From Macrostomum hystrix (taxonomy: Eukaryota; Animalia; Platyhelminthes), in the NCBI GenBank assembly GCA_950097015.1, contig CATNEN010000002.1, positions 496,001-560,000 of the forward strand: 64,000 nucleotides of DNA, written 5' to 3'. A program made the position numbers and the translations under genes. Shown in pieces: positions 13,268 through 25,039 of this stretch (position 1 is the stretch's first letter; each line of letters starts with the position of its first letter). The notes under the pieces were generated by a model. It did no database searches. It saw nothing but the letters and a program-made list of their open reading frames with translations, and was not told where the DNA came from.

Positions 13268-13866
13268 ATTAGGAATTAGGTAAATTAGGGATTGGGTAAA
13301 TTAGGGATTGTGTAAATTAGGGATTGGGTAAATTAGGGATTGTGTAAATTAGGGATTGTGTAAATTAGGGATTGTGTAAATTAGGGATTGGGTAAATTAG
13401 GGATTGGGTAAATTAGGGATTGTGTAAATTAGGGATTGTGTAAATTAGGGATTGGGTAAATTAGGGATTGTGTAAATTAGGGATTGTGTAAATTAGGGAT
13501 TGTGTAAATTAGGGATTGGGTAAATTAGGGATTGTGTAAATTAGGGATTGTGTAAATTAGGGATTGGGTAAATTAGGGATTGTGTAAATTAGGGATTGGG
13601 TAAATTAGGGATTGTGTAAATTAGGGATTGTGTAAATTAGGAATTGTGTAAATTAGGGATTGTGTAAATTAGGGATTGTGTAAATTAGGGATTGTGTGAA
13701 TTAGGGATTGTGTGAATTAGGGATTGGATAAAATAGGGATTGGGTAAATTAGGGATTGGATAAAATAGGGATTGGGTAAATTAGGGATTGGGTAAATTAT
13801 GGATTGGGTAAATTAGGGATTGTGTGAATTAGGGATTGGGTAAATTAGGGATTGTGTAAATTAGGT
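13268..13866. repeat. 16-bp tandem repeat TAAATTAGGGATTG(T/G)G containing one TTAGGG per unit
   Basis: About 37 head-to-tail units read directly. Confidence 0.95.
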
Positions 13867-14361
13867 TAAAGTATTTTATAAAAGGTTTTACTGTTGAGTT
13901 TTTTTGGCCAAGAATTAACCACGTTTAACAATTATTTTATGGGCGTGAAATAAAAACTTTTATTTCTATTTCTATATAGTGAGTTGCTGAAAAATGAATT
14001 CGTGTCTAAACTAGATTTGGTAGTTGAAAACGAAATATGAAATTTCTTTGAAAAAGTGCCTTGATCGCCGGTTGGCATTCTGGGCTGCTGAATAGGAAAG
14101 GCTTTTTATCACCAACAGCAGCTCGCATAGACAGCGACTCATTGCTGTTAGTTGAAAAAGATTGTGCACACAAATGCTTGAGGTTGAGTTTTATGGCTTC
14201 GAGAGATACTGCACGCATAATCTGGTCATCATATTTGTTTAGTGTCGATGCTGTTTGTTAACTAAATATAGGCACCTTCTTGGGTCTGTGTTTGATCAGA
14301 TTTTCATATATCACCCGTTTGACCTACTCAATACCTGTGCAGTGGCAGTGGCAGTGGCACT

Positions 14362-17300
14362 GCTCTAGCTTCGATTCCTGCTCTAGCTACCATTCCTGCT
14401 CTATAGCTACCATTCCTGCTCTACCTACGATTCCTGCTCTAGTTACCATTCCTGCTCTAGCTACCATTCCTGCTCTATAGCTACCATTCCTGCTCTAGCT
14501 ACCATTCCTGCTCTAGCTACCATTCCTGCTCTAGCTACCATTCCTGCTCTAGCTACCATTCCTGCTCTAGCTACCATTCCTGCTCTAGCTACCATTCCTG
14601 CTCTAGCTACCATTCCTGCTCTAGCTACCATTCCTGCTCTAGCTACCATTCCTGCTCTACCTACGATTCCTGCTCTAGCTACCATTCCTGCTCTAGCTAC
14701 GATTCCTGCTCTAGCTACCATTCCTGCTCTACCTACGATTCCTGCTCTAGTTACCATTCCTGCTCTAGCTACGATTCCTGCTCTAGCTACCATTCCTGCT
14801 CTACCTACGATTCCTGCTCTAGTTACCATTCCTGCTCTAGCTACGATTCCTGCTCTAGCTACCATTCCTGCTCTACCTACGATTCCTGCTCTACCTACGA
14901 TTCCTGCTCTAGCTACCATTCCTGCTCTAGCTACCATTCCTGCTCTAGCTACCATTCCTGCTCTAGCTACGATTCCTGCTCTAGCTACCATTCCTGCTCT
15001 AGCTACCATTCCTGCTCTAGCTACCATTCCTGCTCTAGCTACCATTCCTGCTCTAGCTACCATTCCTGCTCTACCTACGATTCCTGCTCTAGTTACCATT
15101 CCTGCTCTAGCTACGATTCCTGCTCTAGCTACCATTCCTGCTCTACCTACGATTCCTGCTCTACCTACGATTCCTGCTCTAGCTACGATTCCTGCTTTAG
15201 CTTCGATTCATGCTCTACCTACGATTCCTGCTCTAGCTACCATTCCTGCTCTAGCTACCATTCCTGCTCTAGCTACCATTCCTGCTCTACCTACGATTCC
15301 TGCTCTAGTTACCATTCCTGCTCTAGCTACGATTCCTGCTTTAGCTACCATTCCTGCTCTACCTACGATTCCTGCTCTAGTTACCATTCCTGCTCTAGCT
15401 ACGATTCCTGCTCTATAGCTACCATTCCTGCTCTAGCTACCATTCCTGCTCTACCTACGATTCCTGCTCTAGTTACCATTCCTGCTCTAGCTACCATTCC
15501 TGCTCTATAGCTACCATTCCTGCTCTAGCTACCATTCCTGCTCTAGCTACGATTCCTGCTTTAGCTACCATTCCTGCTCTACCTACGATTCCTGCTCTAG
15601 TTACCATTCCTGCTCTAGCTACGATTCCTGCTCTATAGCTACCATTCCTGCTCTAGCTACCATTCCTGCTCTATAGCTACCATTCCTGCTCTACCTACGA
15701 TTCCTGCTCTAGTTACCATTCCTGCTCTAGCTACCATTCCTGCTCTATAGCTACCATTCCTGCTCTAGCTACCATTCCTGCTCTACCTACGATTCCTGCT
15801 CTAGCTACCATTCCTGCTCTATAGCTACGATTCCTGCTCTAGCTACCATTCCTGCTCTACCTACGATTCCTGCTCTAGCTACCATTCCTGCTCTATAGCT
15901 ACCATTCCTGCTCTAGCTACCATTCCTGCTCTACCTACGATTCCTGCTCTAGTTACCATTCCTGCTCTAGCTACGATTCCTGCTCTAGCTACCATTCCTG
16001 CTCTACCTACGATTCCTGCTCTACCTACCATTCCTGCTCTACCTACGATTCCTGCTCTACCTATGATTCCTGCTCTACCTACGATTCCTGCTCTATAGCT
16101 ACCATTCCTGCTCTAGCTACCATTCCTGCTCTATAGCTACCATTCCTGCTCTAGCTACCATTCCTGCTCTAGCTACCATTCCTGCTCTACCTACGATTCC
16201 TGCTCTAGCTACCATTCCTGCTCTATAGCTACCATTCCTGCTCTAGCTACCATTCCTGCTCTACCTACGATTCCTGCTCTAGTTACCATTCCTGCTCTAG
16301 CTACCATTCCTGCTCTATAGCTACCATTCCTGCTCTAGCTACCATTCCTGCTCTAGCTACGATTCCTGCTTTAGCTACCATTCCTGCTCTACCTACGATT
16401 CCTGCTCTAGTTACCATTCCTGCTCTAGCTACGATTCCTGCTCTATAGCTACCATTCCTGCTCTAGCTACGATTCCTGCTCTAGCTACGATTCCTGCTCT
16501 AGCTACCATTCCTGCTCTAGCTACCATTCCTGCTCTAGCTACCATTCCTGCTCTACCTACGATTCCTGCTCTAGCTACCATTCCTGCTCTACCTACCATT
16601 CCTGCTCTAGCTACCATTCCTGCTCTACCTACGATTCCTGCTCTAGTTACCATTCCTGCTCTAGCTTCGATTCCTGCTCTAGCTACCATTCCTGCTCTAG
16701 CTTCGATTCCTGCTCTAGCTACCATTCCTGCTCTACCTACGATTCCTGCTCTAGTTACCATTCCTGCTCTAGCTACCATTCCTGCTCTAGCTACCATTCC
16801 TGCTCTAGCTACCATTCCTGCTCTAGCTACCATTCCTGCTCTACCTACGATTCCTGCTCTAGTTACCATTCCTGCTCTAGCTACGATTCCTGCTTTAGCT
16901 ACCATTCCTGCTCTACCTACGATTCCTGCTCTAGTTACCATTCCTGCTCTAGCTACGATTCCTGCTCTATAGCTACCATTCCTGCTCTAGCTACCATTCC
17001 TGCTCTACCTACGATTCCTGCTCTAGTTACCATTCCTGCTCTAGCTACCATTCCTGCTCTATAGCTACCATTCCTGCTCTAGCTACCATTCCTGCTCTAG
17101 CTACGATTCCTGCTTTAGCTACCATTCCTGCTCTACCTACGATTCCTGCTCTAGTTACCATTCCTGCTCTAGCTACGATTCCTGCTCTATAGCTACCATT
17201 CCTGCTCTAGCTACGATTCCTGCTCTAGCTACCATTCCTGCTCTACCTACGATTCCTGCTCTAGCTACCATTCCTGCTCTAGCTACCATTCCTGCTCTAC

Positions 17301-20300
17301 CTACGATTCCTGCTCTAGCTACCATTCCTGCTCTAGCTACCATTCCTGCTCTAGCTACCATTCCTGCTCTACCTACGATTCCTGCTCTAGTTACCATTCC
17401 TGCTCTAGCTACGATTCCTGCTCTAGCTACCATTCCTGCTCTACCTACGATTCCTGCTCTACCTACGATTCCTGCTCTAGCTACGATTCCTGCTTTAGCT
17501 TCGATTCATGCTCTACCTACGATTCCTGCTCTAGCTACCATTCCTGCTCTAGCTACCATTCCTGCTCTAGCTACCATTCCTGCTCTACCTACGATTCCTG
17601 CTCTAGTTACCATTCCTGCTCTAGCTACGATTCCTGCTTTAGCTACCATTCCTGCTCTACCTACGATTCCTGCTCTAGTTACCATTCCTGCTCTAGCTAC
17701 GATTCCTGCTCTATAGCTACCATTCCTGCTCTAGCTACCATTCCTGCTCTACCTACGATTCCTGCTCTAGTTACCATTCCTGCTCTAGCTACCATTCCTG
17801 CTCTATAGCTACCATTCCTGCTCTAGCTACCATTCCTGCTCTAGCTACGATTCCTGCTTTAGCTACCATTCCTGCTCTACCTACGATTCCTGCTCTAGTT
17901 ACCATTCCTGCTCTAGCTACGATTCCTGCTCTATAGCTACCATTCCTGCTCTAGCTACGATTCCTGCTCTAGCTACGATTCCTGCTCTAGCTACCATTCC
18001 TGCTCTAGCTACCATTCCTGCTCTAGCTACCATTCCTGCTCTACCTACGATTCCTGCTCTAGCTACCATTCCTGCTCTACCTACCATTCCTGCTCTAGCT
18101 ACCATTCCTGCTCTACCTACGATTCCTGCTCTAGTTACCATTCCTGCTCTAGCTTCGATTCCTGCTCTAGCTACCATTCCTGCTCTAGCTTCGATTCCTG
18201 CTCTAGCTACCATTCCTGCTCTACCTACGATTCCTGCTCTAGTTACCATTCCTGCTCTAGCTACCATTCCTGCTCTAGCTACCATTCCTGCTCTAGCTAC
18301 CATTCCTGCTCTAGCTACCATTCCTGCTCTACCTACGATTCCTGCTCTAGTTACCATTCCTGCTCTAGCTACGATTCCTGCTTTAGCTACCATTCCTGCT
18401 CTACCTACGATTCCTGCTCTAGTTACCATTCCTGCTCTAGCTACGATTCCTGCTCTATAGCTACCATTCCTGCTCTAGCTACCATTCCTGCTCTACCTAC
18501 GATTCCTGCTCTAGTTACCATTCCTGCTCTAGCTACCATTCCTGCTCTATAGCTACCATTCCTGCTCTAGCTACCATTCCTGCTCTAGCTACGATTCCTG
18601 CTTTAGCTACCATTCCTGCTCTACCTACGATTCCTGCTCTAGTTACCATTCCTGCTCTAGCTACGATTCCTGCTCTATAGCTACCATTCCTGCTCTAGCT
18701 ACGATTCCTGCTCTAGCTACCATTCCTGCTCTACCTACGATTCCTGCTCTAGCTACCATTCCTGCTCTATAGCTACCATTCCTGCTCTAGCTACCATTCC
18801 TGCTCTACCTACGATTCCTGCTCTAGTTACCATTCCTGCTCTAGCTACGATTCCTGCTCTAGCTACCATTCCTGCTCTACCTACGATTCCTGCTCTACCT
18901 ATGATTCCTGCTCTACCTACGATTCCTGCTCTATAGCTACCATTCCTGCTCTAGCTACCATTCCTGCTCTACCTACGATTCCTGCTCTAGTTACCATTCC
19001 TGCTCTAGCTACCATTCCTGCTCTATAGCTACCATTCCTGCTCTAGCTACCATTCCTGCTCTAGCTACCATTCCTGCTCTACCTACGATTCCTGCTCTAC
19101 CTACGATTCCTGCTCTACCTACGATTCCTGCTCTAGCTACCATTCCTGCTCTATAGCTACCATTCCTGCTCTAGCTACCATTCCTGCTCTACCTACGATT
19201 CCTGCTCTAGTTACCATTCCTGCTCTAGCTACGATTCCTGCTCTAGCTACCATTCCTGCTCTACCTACGATTCCTGCTCTACCTACCATTCCTGCTCTAC
19301 CTACGATTCCTGCTCTACCTATGATTCCTGCTCTACCTACGATTCCTGCTCTATAGCTACCATTCCTGCTCTAGCTACCATTCCTGCTCTACCTACGATT
19401 CCTGCTCTAGTTACCATTCCTGCTCTAGCTACCATTCCTGCTCTATAGCTACCATTCCTGCTCTAGCTACCATTCCTGCTCTAGCTACCATTCCTGCTCT
19501 ACCTACGATTCCTGCTCTAGCTACCATTCCTGCTCTATAGCTACCATTCCTGCTCTAGCTACCATTCCTGCTCTACCTACGATTCCTGCTCTAGTTACCA
19601 TTCCTGCTCTAGCTACCATTCCTGCTCTATAGCTACCATTCCTGCTCTAGCTACCATTCCTGCTCTAGCTACGATTCCTGCTTTAGCTACCATTCCTGCT
19701 CTACCTACGATTCCTGCTCTAGTTACCATTCCTGCTCTAGCTACGATTCCTGCTCTATAGCTACCATTCCTGCTCTAGCTACCATTCCTGCTCTAGCTAC
19801 GATTCCTGCTCTAGCTACCATTCCTGCTCTATAGCTACCATTCCTGCTCTAGCTACCATTCCTGCTCTACCTACGATTCCTGCTCTAGCTACCATTCCTG
19901 CTCTACCTACGATTCCTGCTCTAGTTACCATTCCTGCTCTAGCTACGATTCCTGCTCTAGCTACCATTCCTGCTCTAGCTACCATTCCTGCTCTAGCTAC
20001 CATTCCTGCTCTAGCTACCATTCCTGCTCTAGCTACCATTCCTGCTCTACCTACGATTCCTGCTCTAGCTACCATTCCTGCTCTAGCTACCATTCCTGCT
20101 CTACCTACGATTCCTGCTCTAGCTACCATTCCTGCTCTATAGCTACCATTCCTGCTCTAGCTACCATTCCTGCTCTACCTACGATTCCTGCTCTAGTTAC
20201 CATTCCTGCTCTAGCTACGATTCCTGCTCTAGCTACCATTCCTGCTCTACCTACGATTCCTGCTCTACCTACCATTCCTGCTCTACCTACGATTCCTGCT

Positions 20301-20345
20301 CTACCTACGATTCCTGCTCTACCTACGATTCCTGCTCTAGCTACG
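14362..20345. repeat. ~6-kb minisatellite, 18-bp unit CTAGCTACCATTCCTGCT with sequence variants and a 20-bp variant
   Basis: Tandem units read directly. Identical ORF-track translations at 16429 and 17917 show an internal 1488-bp duplication. Confidence 0.97.
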
Positions 20346-20652
20346 ATTGTAGCTACGGTACTAAGCGGTGCTTTAACCTCTCCCTTTCTCTCTCCCAGTC
20401 TCTGCCTGCCTAAGTAAGTTGCATTCATTTTTTAGGTTACTGTTGGTCACATTTGTTACTATTTTATATGGGCTATTAACTTGGCGCTATAGGCAAATGG
20501 CCGTGGGACTTCTTGTCTTAGAAAATATTTTTCATTTGCATTTCTTTTTGTCAGTCACCTTGCAAACTTCTTTACTGTCCACTAGCTGAGTAGAAAGAAG
20601 ATGAGAAGTGCACAGCCAATGTCTCTGGGGTGGCTGCTGCAATTTTATTCGA

Positions 20653-20660
20653 TATATAAA
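20653..20660 (+). promoter_or_regulatory. Candidate TATA box for prepropeptide gene A
   Basis: TATATAAA about 110 bp upstream of the ATG at 20765, but in AT-rich context. Confidence 0.3.
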
Positions 20661-20764
20661 TATATGAGCTGTGACTTTTAAAGCATTATTCAAACTGACA
20701 AAACGTTGATCGCATTGTCTAGTTTACCTTGCCTTTTAGAGCCTTGTTTAAGCTGCAAGACAAA

Positions 20765-21278
20765 ATGGTCAGCAAGACTGCAATGATACTGCTGTCAATC
20801 ATTGTCATTCTTAATCTCGTCTGTTCCGCGAAGGCTGCCTCTAACGACGAAGATTTTGGTGAGGAAATTTTCTGTTAATATCAGTAAAGACAATTGTTTG
20901 TAGACTTCAATTCTGATCTAAAATTTTCCATTCTGATCTGCAGATTCTGTTGAGGAGCCGGTTGACAAGGAATCAGTCGAGAAAGTTAATGACGCCGATG
21001 CTGCTGAGGACGATGATGTTGAAAAGTGAGATGAAATTTCACGCCAGAGATATTTAATCACTGAAGATTATAACTGGTATAACAAGCTAAAAGCCGATCT
21101 AACAATTGGGTCTAACAAACACTAAAATCGAAACCTGACCTGACGAGATAAAATTACCTGTTAATGCAAGTCTTTTTACAAATGCTACTAACAAGTAGTA
21201 CTTTTTCTATTATATTTCAGACGTTGCCGCTGGTCCTACAGCTCAGCCGTGGGTAGGTATGTGTATCGCTGCGACTGA
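20765..21278 (+). CDS. Secreted prepropeptide gene A, join(20765-20858,20944-21025,21221-21278), 77 aa; predicted mature peptide CRWSYSSAVGRYVYRCD
   Basis: MVSKTAMILLSIIVILNLVCSAKA (signal-like), acidic spacer (13 D/E of 27 residues in exon 2), KR, then a 17-mer with two Cys and a stop. Both introns are canonical GT-AG (phases 1 and 2). Same architecture as paralog B. Confidence 0.85.
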
Positions 21279-21724
21279 TTCCATTCAACGCGAAGCTTCA
21301 AGTCGGTTGTTCACGTTAAAAAACATTAAATAGAACACTTTAAACATTATTTATACAGTAGTTTTACTATTATTAGCACAACTTAAGCGATGTGTTCAAC
21401 CTTAGTCGATATTTTAGTGAATTCCACAAATTTTTGCTGTTTAAAATTGTAAAATTTTCGCTACGAATAAAAATAAATTATTTTTCTATAAATCTTTGGA
21501 CCTCAAACTCAAATAAAAACACTGCGAACGGCACAACAACCTCGAAATTAGTTTTTTTGTCAAACAAAGGCTGAGATATAGGTATTCAAATAATTTTGTT
21601 GATCTCAAAAAAGCCTGTCTTTAAACTTTCTTTACAGTGTCATTTTATTTCATTTTACATATTGTAGATATAATATCTAGAAATAGATAATATCTATCTG
21701 ATTCCGTGTGATAATAATATTGAT

Positions 21725-21905
21725 ATTTGCAGGAGGGCTGTGCCACACTGGCTTGCCTAATGGTTACTGTAGACCCGCAGCCGGCGAGCTGGTAACTGTT
21801 TTGGCAGATACGCACACAGATACCGTACAAATGCAGGAACACTCAAGAACACAAACAGCCTCTGCTGGGCTAGAAGATTCGAACTCTCGACGCCTCGGTC
21901 ATAAG
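21725..21905 (-). mobile_element. SINE family B, degenerate partial copy
   Basis: TTTGCAGGAGGGCTG...TAGACCCGCAGCCGGCGAG matches the family B 3' end. Confidence 0.6.
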
Positions 21906-21932
21906 TTTACATTTTGGTGATTTTGTGTTTAA

Positions 21933-22532
21933 CAGTAAAACTACCAAGCGGGGATTCCCCCCCTGACATTTTTTGCTGCGCCCGTACGGAACAACTCAAG
22001 CACACGAAACTCAAGAACACGGGCTAACTTTTTGTTGCGCATCTTCTGAAACAAAGAATCAAGTCGCCAGTTCTTCAGACCGTCGAGATATTCAATTTTT
22101 CTGGCCGATCAGGTTTTTCCCATAAGCGCTAGTGTATTTCGTACACCACCATACATGAATTAGCACTGCGACTCAGTGCGGCCTTGCCAGGCCTTCAAAA
22201 TTGATCAGCATGTCCCCCGAATGTGCCTGCATTATCTCTGTCTTCGGTGGTCACCTATCTTTATCTAGACGGACTGCTGGACCTTCAAGGGCTACAACAG
22301 GTGGAAATAGGCCACTAACGGACACCCTGACGCGAATTTAAATTTCACTGATCAAGTCTAACTATTAGGCGCAGCTCAACCACAGGACACCATCGTCTAG
22401 TCTGTCAACCAATCAGTCACCACCCAACGCTGCTAGCATGCAGGCGCTGCCAAAAACTTTTCAGGGAGGAGGGGAATTTCCGTTGAAATTTGGAATAAAA
22501 ACGGGCTGCAAAATGGCTAAGTAGTCTTACTG
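21933..22532. mobile_element. 600-bp non-autonomous DNA element (MITE-like) with imperfect ~17-bp terminal inverted repeats
   Basis: Left end CAGTAAAACTACCAAGC versus reverse complement of right end CAGTAAGACTACTTAGC. About 450 bp of the body recurs at 36600-37100. No coding capacity and no clear TSD. Confidence 0.7.
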
Positions 22533-23069
22533 TTGACAACCAGCTCTTTACAGCATGATATTTACAGCATTTCCATATAAAGTAGAACGAATCCTTATAA
22601 AAAGCACCATCATAATGGGTCTAAAAACTAGATCTATGAGTTTGTGCGCTCTACTTGCGAGGCAAATTAATTTTGCTCATTGTTCTTTGCAGCCTTGCAT
22701 CTTCCATTTATAAAATGGAAATTCTCTTAGTTAGCCATTTTTCATTCTCATTCATAGCTTTTCGGTTCATAACACACACTCTGTTGGAAAACAAAATCGG
22801 CACACGCGGGTTTGCAATGGGGTGAAAGCAGTAGAGCTAACAACAATGGGCTCTTTATATTGCAAAGCTCGCACTATAGTGGCTGCCAAGCACAGTCGAA
22901 ACCCATCTAGCTCTATTAAACGAGAATGCGATCTGGCGTTCGTTCTCGTGTCGCGAACACGTGCAGCACTAGCGAGTCTGTTGTCTTTAAATATACACGA
23001 TCCAGCTCTTCAATTCATCTTTAAGCCTTGCTCTTCAATTATTATATCGGCAGTACTCAAAACATAACA

Positions 23070-24199
23070 ATGAACAGTCTCACAGTTCTTCTGCTAATGT
23101 CTATGGCAGTGCTTCTGGTCTGCTCCGTACAGGCCGAGTCAAACCAGGATGATATTGGTGAGTGCAGAAACGTTAAGTTGAGTCTGTTTTAAACTTCTCT
23201 AATCATGTGAACTAGAATGGACCTCATTGTAACTTCAGATGTCGTAGAGGAACCCGCAGCTAATCAGGATTACGCTGAAGATGACGAGGCTGATGCCGAC
23301 AAAGCTGATGCTGGTGAAGATGTGACTGACGATATCGAGAAGTGAGTTGAAAATTATCTGTCTAACAGTGTCTAACACTAATAACTGCATCTAACAGGTT
23401 GATTATGGGTCTAACAGGTTGATTATGGGTCTAACAGGTTGATTATGGGTCTAACAGGTTGATTATGGGTCTAACAGGTTGATTATGGGTCTAACAGGTT
23501 GATTATGGGTCTAACAGGTTGATTATGGGTCTAACAGGTTGATTATGGGTCTAACAGGTTGATTAAGGGTCTAACAGGTTGATTATGGGTCTAACAGGTT
23601 GATTATGGGTCTAACAGGTTGATTATGGGTCTAACAGGTTGATTATGGGTCTAACAGGTTGATTATGGGTCTAACAGGTTGATTATGGGTCTAACAGGTT
23701 GATTATGGGTCTAACAGGTTGATTATGGGTCTAACAGGTTGATTATGGGTCTAACAGGTTGATTATGGGTCTAACAGGTTGATTATGGGTCTAACAGGTT
23801 GATTATGGGTCTAACAGGTTGATTATGGGTCTAACAGGTTGATTATGGGTCTAACAGGTTGATTATGGGTCTAACAGGTTGATTATGGGTCTAACAGGTT
23901 GATTATGGGTCTAACAGGTTGATTATGGGTCTAACAGGTTGATTATGGGTCTAACAGGTTGATTATGGGTCTAACAGGTTGATTATGGGTCTAACAGGTT
24001 GATTATGGGTCTAACAGGTTGATTATGGGTCTAACAGGTTGATTATGGGTCTAACGGGTTGATTATGGGTCTAACAGGTTGATTATGGGTCTAACAGGTT
24101 GATTTAACGTTTAAATAAGAGCAGTTTGCCTTGCATTTCAGAAAGTGCAAGTGGATCTACAGTGCCATCGCTGGCAGATACGTGCATGCCTGCAGCTGA
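23070..24199 (+). CDS. Secreted prepropeptide gene B, join(23070-23157,23239-23341,24142-24199), 82 aa; predicted mature peptide CKWIYSAIAGRYVHACS
   Basis: MNSLTVLLLMSMAVLLVCSVQA (signal-like), acidic spacer (16 D/E of 34 residues in exon 2), KK, then a 17-mer. Intron positions and phases are identical to gene A, and exon 3 has the same 58-nt coding length. Confidence 0.85.
23392..24104. repeat. 20-bp minisatellite GATTATGGGTCTAACAGGTT (~35 near-identical copies) in intron 2 of prepropeptide gene B
   Basis: Read directly; only two variant units seen. Confidence 0.97.
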
Positions 24200-25039
24200 A
24201 ATCCGCTGATGTTCTAACCTAAAACTACATTTTCGATTGCGGAATTTGATTTAAACGAATGATTGCTAAATGTCGTATATTCTAGCACATTTTTTATACC
24301 AACTTACAATGAACTTTAGTATTTGATAGGAATTACGGATTAATCTGTGATCAAGTTAAAGGCCGATATGTGGTTATAATGAAGGAAATAAATAGGTACT
24401 TATATATGACCTGTATGCATTGCTATCTGGTGGAAGACAGTTATTCAAGGTTCTGTTTGTATTTTTAAAGCTTTTTGCTTCATTTCTACTATCGCTCCAC
24501 TGTTTTACATCTATCCTGCCTCATCTCTCCATCTCTTCCCTTTATCATTTCTCTACTCTATTTTTCGATGACTACTTCTTGTTCCACCCTTAAGCCATTG
24601 TTCAGTACACATGGTATTTATAATTTTTTCACAGCAATTCACATTTCGCAAAGTAATGCTTCATTCCATTCCATTTTCAACTCATAAAACTGCCAAAATT
24701 GTATTCTTAAGAAATGTTTCAAAAGAAAATTAATGTTAGCAAGGCTTAGCAATTCTAATGAATAGAAGAAGTCACGTGCTAGCTCGTGCTAGAAACCAAA
24801 GGAACAAAAGCAGCAGCAGCAGCAGCAGATAGTGAAATGCAAGAATTTATTTGAAAAATAGGTAAACGCATTCGGAATCGTAGTAGAGCTACTTTGTTAC
24901 CGAAATTGGCTATAATTAAGATACAGCAATCCGTGGGTTTCTTCGTTAAAGAAGGCTATGCAGCTCCCACACTCAATGGCGCCAAATTATGCATGAATTT
25001 AGGTTTTGATAACTGAGTAACAGCAACAAATTAAATTGT

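Noticed and set aside
13268-13866. A true telomere
   Set aside because: TTAGGG units are separated by 10-bp spacers and the array is flanked by ordinary sequence on both sides.
14461-20428. MVARAG / LATIPA repeat ORFs as an adhesive or elastomeric protein
   Set aside because: The 18-bp unit is open by default, and frequent 20-bp variants break the frame, which argues against coding constraint.
3603-24199. The peptide pair as ligands of the neighbouring neuropeptide GPCR
   Set aside because: Only proximity (about 9.5 kb, divergent orientation) supports it. Ligand and receptor genes are not generally linked in animals.
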